Source: Polyangiaceae bacterium
GTDB taxonomy: Bacteria; Myxococcota_A; Polyangia; Polyangiales; Polyangiaceae
Direction: 5' to 3'
Assembly (NCBI GenBank): GCA_044222475.1
Contig: JBGANF010000153.1
Coordinates: 1 to 17,574, forward strand
DNA: 17,574 nucleotides
A program made the translations under genes and the position numbers. The notes under the pieces were generated by a model. That model was not told where the DNA came from. It saw only the letters and a list, made by a program, of their open reading frames with translations, and made no database searches. Position 1 is the first letter of the stretch, and every line of letters starts with the position of its first letter. Shown piece by piece: positions 7,074-15,674 of the stretch.

Positions 7074-7733
7074 ATGGCCATCCACGACTCGATCGAGATC
7101 TTGGCCGCCATCTACGGTCCGTTCACCGAGGAGCACCGCGTCCCGGAGAGCGTGATCGACACCGCCGAGAACCGCCTCGGCTTCCGCCTCCCGAGCGCGC
7201 TCCGCACGCTCTACGCCGAGACCGGCGAGGCGACGGCGCTGCACGCCGCGCACAACGCGCTCGTCCCGCCGTACCGCGTCGACTTCGCCGGCGATCACCT
7301 CGTGTTCTACGAAGAGAACCAGTCGGTCGTGGTCTGGGGAATCGCGCGCGACCGCTTGGCCGAGGAAGACCCACCGGTGGATCAGGGTCAGCTCGACCAC
7401 GAGACGGGCACGTGGTCGTTCGTGTCCGAGTTCGCGTCGGTGTCCGAGTTCGCGTGCGCGCAGGGCGCGTGGCAGGCGGTGCAGGGCGGGCTGCCCTTCG
7501 TCGGCGTCATCGAGAACCACCCGTACGAGCACCTCGAGCCGATGCTCGGGCCGCCGACCGTGACGACCAACGGCATGTCGATCTGGGTCGGCAACGGCGG
7601 CGTCGCGTTGGAGCTCCCCGGCGGTTACGTCGGTCTCGCGACCCAGAGCGCGGCGCAGTTCTCGGTGACGAGCGCCCGGATCGGGCTCACGATCGACCAG
7701 TGGGACTACGCGACGCTGCGCGACGAGGCGTGA
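7074..7733 (+). CDS. SMI1/KNR4 (SUKH) domain protein
   Basis: PESVIDTAENRLGFRLPSALRTLY, LVFYEENQSVVVWGI, DPPV and SVSEF motifs. Confidence 0.82.
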   Translation: MAIHDSIEILAAIYGPFTEEHRVPESVIDTAENRLGFRLPSALRTLYAETGEATALHAAHNALVPPYRVDFAGDHLVFYEENQSVVVWGIARDRLAEEDPPVDQGQLDHETGTWSFVSEFASVSEFACAQGAWQAVQGGLPFVGVIENHPYEHLEPMLGPPTVTTNGMSIWVGNGGVALELPGGYVGLATQSAAQFSVTSARIGLTIDQWDYATLRDEA

Positions 7734-8298
7734 CCAAGCGGCGCGCCATGGCGCCCACCACGACGGCCGAGAGCAGGTACAGCCCGAACAGCCAGACCGG
7801 GACTCCCACGACGTCGGGCCGCGTGTAGCGGAAGTGCCCTCCGGCGATGAGCGATGCCTCGGTGGCGCAACCCGTGACCCCGGTCGCGAGCGCGAGCACG
7901 ATCCCCACCGGGCTTCGGTCGAGGAGCCACCACGCACCGGCGGCGGCCGCGGCGAGGAGCGCCAACATGGACCACGGTGAGACGCGGACCCACGCGGTCG
8001 CCGCGTAGCATGCGCCGTAGACGAGCATGAAGATCCCAATTTGGGACCACGGTGGTTGCGGATGCGCGGGCGCGAGGCGACGGTGCGCGAGCGCGTAGGC
8101 GAGCCCGCCGAAGCCGGCGGCGCTCGCGAAGAGCAGCGGCGTCCACCACGCGGCTTGGAGCGCGAGGGTCTCGCGGTAGACCGTCGTGCCGCTGTGGGTG
8201 TGGAACCCGTCGAAGAAGGAGAGGACGACGGCGCCGAACGCGAACAATGCTGCGCCGCGGATTGCGGAGTGTCGGGTGAGAGGGTACGCCAGGGGCAT
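7687..8298 (-). CDS. Multi-pass membrane protein, bacterial INSIG-like / DUF2878-like
   Basis: About six hydrophobic segments; DGFHTHSGTTVY, WWTPLLF, E..LI..GHFRYTRPD..GVPVWLFGLY. Confidence 0.7.
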   Translation of the reverse strand: MPLAYPLTRHSAIRGAALFAFGAVVLSFFDGFHTHSGTTVYRETLALQAAWWTPLLFASAAGFGGLAYALAHRRLAPAHPQPPWSQIGIFMLVYGACYAATAWVRVSPWSMLALLAAAAAGAWWLLDRSPVGIVLALATGVTGCATEASLIAGGHFRYTRPDVVGVPVWLFGLYLLSAVVVGAMARRLVTPRRAASRSPTGRS

Positions 8299-8376
8299 AG
8301 AGAAGTTTCTCGTCCCCTACAAAGCACCGACGAGGGCCGTCGATCAAATGAAGAACGCGCCCCCCGGGATCTGACG

Positions 8377-8568
8377 ATGCAGTGCGCCTTCTGCCACGCG
8401 GAGCTGGTCTACGTGCACGGACACGCGACGTGCACGCGAAACGCCTGCCCGTTCTACGGGCGAAATCAGGCGGAGTGCTGCAGCGGAGAGACGGCCGAGA
8501 ACTCGGCGGTGTCTACCGCGGACGCGGCACGAGTCGTGGTGCCGGCCCGCGAGCGCCCGAAAGAGTGA
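8377..8568 (+). CDS. Small Cys/His-rich protein, putative metal-binding (63 aa)
   Basis: MQCAFCHAELVYVHGHATCTRNACPFYGRNQAECCSGE; divergent from the membrane protein gene; host-like codon usage. Confidence 0.65.
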   Translation: MQCAFCHAELVYVHGHATCTRNACPFYGRNQAECCSGETAENSAVSTADAARVVVPARERPKE

Positions 8569-8741
8569 GCTCGAGGCCGGCGAGAGTCGTCATCTCGCTC
8601 GCGAGAGCGTCCTCGCGGTCGTTGGGTAGCGCCCGGCGGACGCGACTTCCACGAAGAAGACGGCGCGTCGGTCATCCCCAACAGCTCGTCGAAGCCGAGC
8701 GTCACCGGCGGTCCCGTGTCCGGCGCCAACGCCAACGCTCC

Positions 8742-9401
8742 TCACGCGCGGGATGTTGGCGAAGGTCGCTCCGACAGGCGAATGAGGCCGCGGAGACGCC
8801 ATCCGTCGCCTGCGAGCCACGTCTTCGGCACGGCGGTCGGCCGTCCCGAAGACACCGGAGCCACGCCGGCGAAGCCATCGAACCATGGTGCAGAGGAGAA
8901 GCGATCGATTCCGACCAACCGCACCCCGTGCTTCTTCGCGTTCATCAGCACGTAGACGAGCGCGTTACGCACCTCGCGCGGCGTTTGAAGGGGGTGCGCG
9001 TGATAGCGCTCCTTCCACACGGATCCGCGCACGCGAAGCACGCGGTTGATGGCGCGGGCCATGCGCACGTTGAGACCGAGCATGCCGGACGACAGGGCGC
9101 GCGCATCGTGCGCCTCGACGACGAGGTGCACGTGGTTCGTCTGCACGGAGAAGTGAACCACCCGGAACGCACCGCGCGACGCCGCAGCAAGCGCGGCCCG
9201 CACCTCGACGAAGATCGCCTGCTCGCGAAACGACGGCAGCCCCTCGCGCGCGCGCATCGTGACGTGGACCGGATGACGCGCGCGATGCACGGGACGCGCG
9301 CGATGCGCGACGGTGCGCCGGCCTCCCGGCTTTCGACCCGCACCCGCCCGAGCGCCGCCCCATCGGCGAGGAGCGAGCGGCAGTGAGAGCTGAGCGGACA
9401 T
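8742..9401 (-). mobile_element. HUH Y1 tyrosine transposase, REP-associated (RAYT)-like
   Basis: GGARAGAGRKP, PVHVTMR, HUH motif VQTNHVHLVVEA, VWKERYH, catalytic Tyr region YVLMNAKKH, DRFSS. No tnpB and no terminal inverted repeats seen. Confidence 0.88.
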
Positions 9402-9414
9402 CTTGAATAGGGGC

Positions 9415-9443
9415 AATATATTCATCAGAAACCACCTCGTCAA
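9415..9443 (-). promoter_or_regulatory. Sigma70-type promoter of the RAYT gene
   Basis: TTGACG (9443-9438), 17-nt spacer, TATATT (9420-9415); ATG 9401 follows after 13 nt. Confidence 0.7.
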
Positions 9444-9464
9444 TCGGCCCCCGACATTCGCGAC

Positions 9465-9579
9465 GCAGAAGCGGACGCGGAGGCGGCGGCGGCGGAGACG
9501 GAGGCGGACTCGGAAGCGGACTCGGAAGCGGAAGCGGAAGCGGAAACGGAAGCGGAAGCGGAAGCGGAAGCGGAAGCGG
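9465..9579. repeat. Hexamer tandem repeat (CGGAAG)n
   Basis: Nine near-perfect units at 9523-9576 (one is CGGAAA), preceded by degenerate NCGGAN units back to about 9465. Confidence 0.92.
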
Positions 9580-9683
9580 GGGGGCCACCCCCGGCTTTTT
9601 CCAGGGTTCCTGGCGCCGTGGGCGTCCTGGCGTTTTCTTCGCCCCTCGCCAGATTTCGCGGATTTGCCTATGCTGTCCGACCC

Positions 9684-10649
9684 ATGACGGATCCCGCCCA
9701 CCTGGCCAAGCTCTACCGGCAGATGTTCCTCATCCGCCGCCTCGAAGAAGAGGCCGCCCGCGCCTACGCGATGGGCAAAATCGGCGGGTTTCTCCACCTC
9801 TACATCGGCCAGGAAGCCGTCGGCGTCGGCGCCTGCTCCGTCCTCGGGAACGACGACTACATCGTCACCACCTACCGCGACCACGGCATCGCCATCGCCA
9901 AGGGCATGTCCTCCCGCGCGATGATGGCCGAGCTCTACGGCAAGGCCACCGGCTGCTCGCGCGGCCTCGGCGGCTCGATGCACATGTTCGACGCCAAGCA
10001 CAACATGCTCGGCGGTCACGGCATCGTCGGCGGCCACATCCCGCTCGGCGCCGGCGCCGCGTTCGCGTCGAAGTACCGCAAGGACGGCCGCGTCACGATG
10101 TGCATGTTCGGCGACGGCGCGGTGTCGATCCAAGGCTTCCACGAGGGCGTGTCGCTCGCCGCGTTGTGGAAGCTCCCGATCGTGTTCGTGTGCGAGAACA
10201 ACGAGTACTCGATGGGCACTCCCCTCTCCCGCACGCTCAGCCAAGAGGACATCAGCCTCAAGGCCGTCGGCTACGGCATCGCCCACGATCGCTTCTTCGC
10301 GAACGACGTGCTCGAGGTCGAAGAGCGCATCGGCGCCGCCGTGAAGCGCGCTCGCGAGGAGAGCCTCCCCACCCTCGTCGAGGTGCGCACCTACCGCTTC
10401 CGCGGCCACTCGATGAGCGACCCCGGCAAATACCGCAGCGCCGCCGAGCTCGAGGAGCACAAGAAGCGCGACCCGCTCGTCATCGCGCGCGCCAAGCTCG
10501 AGGCCATGATGTCGACGTCCAACGTCGAGAAGATCGAAGCCGACGTCGAGCGCGAGGTCGCCGACGCCGTGAAATTCGCGGAGGAGTCCCCTGAGCCGAC
10601 CGCGGACATCCTCGAAGAGACCACCTACGCCGGGCCGTTCGCCGGTTAG
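9684..10649 (+). CDS. pdhA: Pyruvate dehydrogenase E1 alpha subunit
   Basis: GKIGGFLHLYIGQEA, YRDHG, GGSMHMF, TPP-binding GDGA...ENN, TYRFRGHSMSDP. Confidence 0.97.
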   Translation: MTDPAHLAKLYRQMFLIRRLEEEAARAYAMGKIGGFLHLYIGQEAVGVGACSVLGNDDYIVTTYRDHGIAIAKGMSSRAMMAELYGKATGCSRGLGGSMHMFDAKHNMLGGHGIVGGHIPLGAGAAFASKYRKDGRVTMCMFGDGAVSIQGFHEGVSLAALWKLPIVFVCENNEYSMGTPLSRTLSQEDISLKAVGYGIAHDRFFANDVLEVEERIGAAVKRAREESLPTLVEVRTYRFRGHSMSDPGKYRSAAELEEHKKRDPLVIARAKLEAMMSTSNVEKIEADVEREVADAVKFAEESPEPTADILEETTYAGPFAG

Positions 10650-10662
10650 ATCGAGACCCCCG

Positions 10663-11646
10663 ATGACGACCCGCAACCTGCGATTTCGCGAAGCCCTCCG
10701 CGAGGCCATGATCGAAGAGATGGAGAGAGACGACTCCATCTTCCTCATGGGCGAAGAAGTCGGCTTCTACCAAGGCGCCTACAAGGTCACCGAAGGCATG
10801 CTCGAGAAGTTCGGCGAGCGACGCGTCATCGACGCGCCCATCGCCGAAGGCGGCTTCGCCGGCCTCGGCGTCGGCGCCGCGATGGTCGGCCTCAGGCCCA
10901 TCATCGAGTTCATGACCTGGAACTTCTCGGCCGTCGCGTTCGACCAGATCCTCAACAACGCGGCCAAGATTCGCCAGATGTCGGGCGGCCAGTTCACCTG
11001 CCCGATCGTGTTCCGCGGCCCGAACGGCAGCGCGCGACAGGTCGGCAGCCAACACTCGCACGCGATGGAGCACTTCTACGCGACCGTACCCGGCCTGAAG
11101 GTCGTCGCCCCCGCGTTCCCCGAGGACGCGAAGGGCCTGATGAAGACCGCGATCCGCGACGACAACCCGGTCCTGGTGATGGAGTCGGAGACGCTCTACT
11201 CGGTCAAGGGCGACGTCGACGACACCGTCGAGACGATCCCACTCGGCGTGGCCAAGGTCGTACGCGAAGGAGCCGACGTCACCCTCGTCGCCTATTCGAG
11301 GATGACCCACGTCGCGCTCGAAGCCGCCGCTGCTCTCGAAAAAGAAGGCGTCTCCGCCGAGGTCGTCGATCTCCGCAGCCTCCGCCCGCTCGACGAGGAC
11401 ACGATCATCGCGTCGGTCCAGAAGACGCACCGTTGCATCGTCGTCCACGAAGGCTGGCCGTACGGCGGCGTCGGCGCCGAGATCGCCGATCGCGTGCAGC
11501 GCCTCGCCTTCGACGATCTCGACGCGCCCATCCTCCGCGTCACCACGCGTGACGTGCCGATGCCGTACAACGCCAAGCTCGAGCAGTTCGTGATACCGCA
11601 GGCCGATCGCGTGATCGCCGCCGCGAGGCGCATCGTCTCTCGCTAG
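10663..11646 (+). CDS. pdhB: Pyruvate dehydrogenase E1 beta subunit
   Basis: GEEVGFYQGAYKVT, DAPIAEGGFAG, EFMTWNF, FRGPNG, QHS, DLRSLRPLD. Confidence 0.97.
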   Translation: MTTRNLRFREALREAMIEEMERDDSIFLMGEEVGFYQGAYKVTEGMLEKFGERRVIDAPIAEGGFAGLGVGAAMVGLRPIIEFMTWNFSAVAFDQILNNAAKIRQMSGGQFTCPIVFRGPNGSARQVGSQHSHAMEHFYATVPGLKVVAPAFPEDAKGLMKTAIRDDNPVLVMESETLYSVKGDVDDTVETIPLGVAKVVREGADVTLVAYSRMTHVALEAAAALEKEGVSAEVVDLRSLRPLDEDTIIASVQKTHRCIVVHEGWPYGGVGAEIADRVQRLAFDDLDAPILRVTTRDVPMPYNAKLEQFVIPQADRVIAAARRIVSR

Positions 11647-11660
11647 ACCGAAGGAAGCCC

Positions 11661-13149
11661 ATGGCCAAGATCCTCGAAATGCCGAAGCTGTCGCCGACGA
11701 TGGAAGAGGGCGTCCTCACCACGTGGCACAAGAAAGAGGGCGACGCGGTCGCCGTCGACGATCTCCTCGCCGAGGTCGAGACCGACAAGGCGACGATGGA
11801 GTTCCGCGCGTTCGACAAGGGAACGCTCCTCAAGATCCTCGTCCAGGCGGGGGCCACCGTGAAGCTCGGCCAACCGGTCGCGATCATGGGTCAACCCGGC
11901 GAGGACGTGACGCAGATCTCGCCCGCGGTGAAGCGAGAGCCCGCGCTCGGTCCGAAGACTCTCGCCGACGGCGGCGCCGCGTCCGTCGTGATCCACTCCG
12001 CCCTCCCCGCGTCGATGCAGCCGCGCGTCTCGACGTATCAACACTCGCACGCGCCGCCCCCGCCGCGCGCCGTGCCGGCTGCGGTCATGCCGCCGGCGGT
12101 GATCCCGGCCGCGTCGGTGCCCGCGATGACGCCGTCGCCCGCCGCCGAGCGCGCGCCCCAAGCCGCGAAGGGCGCGAAGGGCAGCATGCTCGATCGCACC
12201 GAACGAGACGGACGCGAAGCCGCACCCACCCCCCGCGACGGCGAGCGCGTCCTCGCCTCGCCGTTCGTCGCAAACAAGCGCGCGAGCTCGGCGTCGATCT
12301 CCGAGGGCCAAAGGCTCCGGCCCCGGCGGCCGCGTCGTCGCCGGCGACCTCGCGTCGATGGGTCACGCCCCGCCCTCCCCGCCCGCGCCAACCGCGATGG
12401 TGCGGGCGCCGCAGACGATGGAGGCCGCTGCGCTCGTCACGACGGGCCGGCCCGCCCCGGAGGTGCGCCCCCTCTCGATGATGCGAAAGACGATCGCTCG
12501 CCGGCTCACCGAGTCGAAGACGACGGTGCCGCATTTCTACCTCACGATCGACGTCGACGTCGCCGCGCTGTCCACGTTCCGCGAGAGCCTCAACGCCGAA
12601 GTGACGAAGGACGAAGGGGCGATCAAGATCAGCATCAACGATCTCCTCATCAAGGCGTGCGCCCTCGCGCTCCGCAAGGTGCCCGAGTGCAACGCGCAGT
12701 TCACCGCCGACGCGATCCTGATCCACACCCGCGTCGACGTGTCGGTCGCGGTCGCCGTCCCCGACGGGCTCGTCACTCCGGTCATCCGCGACGCCGATCA
12801 GCTCTCGATCAGCGCGATCGCCGCGAAGGTCCGCGATCTCGCCGCCCGCGCGAAGCAGAAGAAGCTCCGCCCCGAAGAGATGACCGACGGCACGTTCTCG
12901 ATCTCGAACCTCGGCATGTTCGGCATCGACGAGTTCTCCGCCGTGATCAACCCGCCGGAGGGCGCGATCCTCGCCGTCGGCCGCGTGCGCGACGAGCCGG
13001 TCGTCAAGGACGGCGCGGTCGTCCCCGGCAAGAAGCTCGCGATGACGCTCTCGTGCGACCACCGCGTCGTCGATGGCGCGGTCGGCGCGGCGTTCCTCGC
13101 CGAGCTGCGCGCGCTCCTCGAGCGACCGATCCGCATCCTCACCGGCTGA
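11661..13149 (+). CDS. pdhC: Pyruvate dehydrogenase E2 dihydrolipoamide acetyltransferase (two apparent 1-bp deletions)
   Basis: Lipoyl domain EVETDKATME; subunit-binding domain split over three frames (ASPFV / RKQARELGVDL / KGSGPGGRVVAGDL); catalytic TFSISNLGMFG and DHRVVDGA. Confidence 0.93.
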
Positions 13150-14138
13150 TGATGCACCGTCCGGTCGTCCTGCTCGCGTTTGCGATCGCGTTCGTCGCGA
13201 CGACGGCCGCTGGCAGCGGGACGACGGTGCCGCTCACCGCGGCGACGAGCGGGCGCACGGACGAAGGGATCATGCTGCTCCGGCCGCCCCCCACCGGTCG
13301 CGTGCGGCTCGTCGGCACGTTCGTGATGGGCTCGGATCCGCTCGCGTACCTGCGAGGCAAAGGCCTGTGCGAGCGCGAGCCCCTCGGCGCGATCCCGCGC
13401 CAGTTCATGACCGCCGGCGGCATGGTGTCGGAGACGTACTGCGAACGGGCGAGCCTCGAGCGCGAGATGCCGGCCCACACCGTGACGCTCTCGCCGTACT
13501 ACATCGATCGCACCGAGGTGACGGTCGAGGCCTACGATCGCTGCGTGCGCGCCGGCGTGTGCGATCCGCCGGATTTCACCCGCGGCGACCCCCACTTCGA
13601 CAAGCCGAATTTCCCGATCACCCACGTGAGCCGCGAAGATGGTGAGACCTTCTGCGCGTGGGCCCACGGCCGCCTCCCGACCGAGGCCGAGTGGGAGCTC
13701 GCCGCGCGCGGCATCGGCCAGCGCACGTTCCCGTGGGGCGAGCTGTACAACTCGCGCCTCGCGAACCACGGCTCGCTCGCCCTCGACGATCAAGACGCGT
13801 CCGATGGTTTCCTCGGGCTCGCTCCGGTGGGCTCCTATCCCGACGGCGTCACGCCGGAGGGCGTCCTCGATCTCGCCGGCAACGTCGCCGAGTGGGTCGC
13901 CGACCTCCTCCAGATCACGCCGGTCGCGCCGAAGCCCGGCGCGCAACCGGAGCTGAAGATCGAGCCCTACCTCCCGTCCGCTCAGACCAACCCGGTCTCC
14001 ACGTCGGGGGGCGTTCGAATCGCGCGCGGCGGATCCTTCGAGAGCGGTGCCCACATGCTGCGCGGCGCCGCGCGCTGGTTCCTCGCCATCCCGGTGAAGC
14101 TCCCTTCGATCGGCTTCCGCTGCGTTCAGGACGGTTGA
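13149..14138 (+). CDS. Secreted FGE-sulfatase domain (SUMF1/EgtB/PvdO family) protein
   Basis: Signal peptide; FVMGS, E.PAHTV, IDRTEVT, RLPTEAEWELAARG, DLAGNVAEWV, RGGSF, IGFRC. TGATG overlap with pdhC. Confidence 0.92.
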   Translation: MMHRPVVLLAFAIAFVATTAAGSGTTVPLTAATSGRTDEGIMLLRPPPTGRVRLVGTFVMGSDPLAYLRGKGLCEREPLGAIPRQFMTAGGMVSETYCERASLEREMPAHTVTLSPYYIDRTEVTVEAYDRCVRAGVCDPPDFTRGDPHFDKPNFPITHVSREDGETFCAWAHGRLPTEAEWELAARGIGQRTFPWGELYNSRLANHGSLALDDQDASDGFLGLAPVGSYPDGVTPEGVLDLAGNVAEWVADLLQITPVAPKPGAQPELKIEPYLPSAQTNPVSTSGGVRIARGGSFESGAHMLRGAARWFLAIPVKLPSIGFRCVQDG

Positions 14139-14143
14139 AGAAC

Positions 14144-15058
14144 ATGCATATTGCACATTTCTCCGATCTTCACGTCCTCGACCTCGAAGGGGTCCCGCCC
14201 CATCGCTTCCTCAACAAGCGCCTGTCGGGCTACGCCAACCTGCGGCTCAAGCGAAAGCACGTCCACCACGCCAGCTACGTGCGCGCCGTCGCGCAGGAGG
14301 TGGCGCGCGTCCACGCCGACCACGTCGTCATCACCGGCGATCTCACCAACCTCGCGCTCGAGACCGAGTACCGCGCGGTGCAGACGCTCCTCGAAGAGGA
14401 GCTCCACCTCGGCCCGAACGACGTGAGCATCGTCCCCGGCAACCACGATTTCTACACGAGCGGCGCGCTCCGCAAGCGTCGGTTCACCGAGTTCTTCGCG
14501 CCCTACGTGAAGTGCGATCTCGATCTCGCCGTCGACATCGGGACCGGACACTTTCCCTTCGTGCGGCTCCGAAACCGCGCGGCGATCATCGGCCTGTCGA
14601 GCGCGGTGCCCCGCTTGCCGTTCGTCGCCTCCGGCCGCCTCGGGCGAGCCCAGCTCGACGCGCTGGCGCGCATCCTCGAGCACCCCGAGGTGAAGTCGCG
14701 GACGCCGGTCATCGTCCTCCATCACCCGCTCCACAACCCGGCGTCCCGGGTGAAGACGCTCGTCGAAGGCCTCGTCGACGCCGACGAGCTCGGCGCCGCG
14801 CTCGGCGCTCTGCCCCGCGGGCTCGTCCTGCATGGGCACCTCCATCGCCGCGTGCGGCGTTCGTTCCCGACGAGCTCCGGCGAGCTGTTCGCGATCGGGG
14901 CGACGAGCGCCTCGCTTCACCACGACGACGCTCACCGGATGAGCGGGTTCAACCTGTACGAGATCGACGACGTGAGCGGGGCCATCGTCCGAATCGAGGC
15001 CCACGTGTTCGACGAAGAGAGCGGAGGCTTCCGCACGACGGCGATCCCATTCGCCTAG
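14144..15058 (+). CDS. Calcineurin-like metallophosphoesterase (CpdA/Icc-like)
   Basis: SDLH, TGDLTN, PGNHD, LHHP and HGHLH motifs. Confidence 0.93.
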   Translation: MHIAHFSDLHVLDLEGVPPHRFLNKRLSGYANLRLKRKHVHHASYVRAVAQEVARVHADHVVITGDLTNLALETEYRAVQTLLEEELHLGPNDVSIVPGNHDFYTSGALRKRRFTEFFAPYVKCDLDLAVDIGTGHFPFVRLRNRAAIIGLSSAVPRLPFVASGRLGRAQLDALARILEHPEVKSRTPVIVLHHPLHNPASRVKTLVEGLVDADELGAALGALPRGLVLHGHLHRRVRRSFPTSSGELFAIGATSASLHHDDAHRMSGFNLYEIDDVSGAIVRIEAHVFDEESGGFRTTAIPFA

Positions 15059-15083
15059 CGCTCGGGTCGAAACCCTCGAAGAG

Positions 15084-15210
15084 GACCGCAAGGACGAGGA
15101 GAGCACGAGGGCGCAAGGAAGAATGGGCTTGAAGAGCGCCGCCAGTTAGCCACGACGTCCAGGCCCTTCTCCTCTCCTTGCGTCCTTGCGCTCTCCTCGT
15201 CCTTGCGGTC
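15084..15210. repeat. 36-bp inverted repeat between convergent genes (REPIN/MITE-like)
   Basis: Arms 15084-15119 and 15175-15210 match 33/36 with a 55-nt spacer; arms contain repeated CGCAAGGA. Confidence 0.85.
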
Positions 15211-15235
15211 TCTCCAGGACGCGAGCGGGGGCCAC

Positions 15236-15273
15236 AAAATGGCTACGGGCGCCTCGCAGAAGCGAGACGCCCG
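15236..15273 (-). terminator. Probable intrinsic terminator of the cold-shock gene
   Basis: Minus strand CGGGCGTCTCGC-TTCT-GCGAGGCGCCCG followed by TAGCCATTTT, 27 nt after the stop codon. The U-tract is weak. Confidence 0.55.
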
Positions 15274-15300
15274 ATGCCGTCGTCTTTGGGTTCGGCTAGG

Positions 15301-15519
15301 TCAGGCCGCAGGCGCGGAGTTCTGCCGCGTCACGTTGACCGCCTGAAGACCCTTCGGGCCTTCCTTGATCTCGAACTCGACCACTTCGTCCTCGAAGAGT
15401 CGGCGGCGACCTTCGCCGCTGATCTGCGAGTAGTGAACGAATACGTCGGGCCCTTCATCCTGCTTGATGAACCCCCAGCCCTTCTCGTCGTTGAACCACT
15501 TCACCCTGCCCACTGCCAT
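15301..15519 (-). CDS. Cold-shock domain protein
   Basis: GRVKWFNDEKGWGFI (RNP1), DVFVHYS (RNP2), GPKGLQAVNV; GGAGG RBS at 15531-15527. Confidence 0.96.
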   Translation of the reverse strand: MAVGRVKWFNDEKGWGFIKQDEGPDVFVHYSQISGEGRRRLFEDEVVEFEIKEGPKGLQAVNVTRQNSAPAA

Positions 15520-15674
15520 CGGAATGCCTCCACTTCAACTGCGGTTGCTACTACTGCTGGCGGCAGAGCGTCTTACGGACCGCTCATGCTGGCACCGCGG
15601 TCACCCGTGATGCCTGGCCTCACCCACCCCGTGAATTGGATTCATTCACGCGAGCACCGAGGCCGAGGGGGCGC

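Noticed and set aside
4987..7155. 722-aa and other long Arg-rich overlapping ORFs
   Set aside because: Shadow frames of GC-rich genes.
7422..7455. 16-bp direct repeat with 18-bp period (VSEFAS/VSEFAC)
   Set aside because: In-frame, only two copies, no evident function.
8466..8735. 89-aa minus-strand ORF downstream of the transposase
   Set aside because: TTG start, low-complexity product, and overlap with the better-supported Cys-rich gene.
9465..9579. CRISPR array or coding (AE)n extension of pdhA
   Set aside because: No spacers or cas genes; the AE frame has no start codon between the upstream stop and the tract.
8742..10748. 668-aa ORF with an (RF)n repeat fused to the transposase
   Set aside because: The N-terminal part is antisense to pdhA plus the hexamer tract; the promoter at 9415-9443 supports a start at 9401.
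11661..14138. 825-aa ORF as a novel lipoyl-domain/FGE fusion
   Set aside because: The middle is off-frame Arg-rich text over pdhC; the ORF is explained by two indels, and the FGE gene has its own start and signal peptide.
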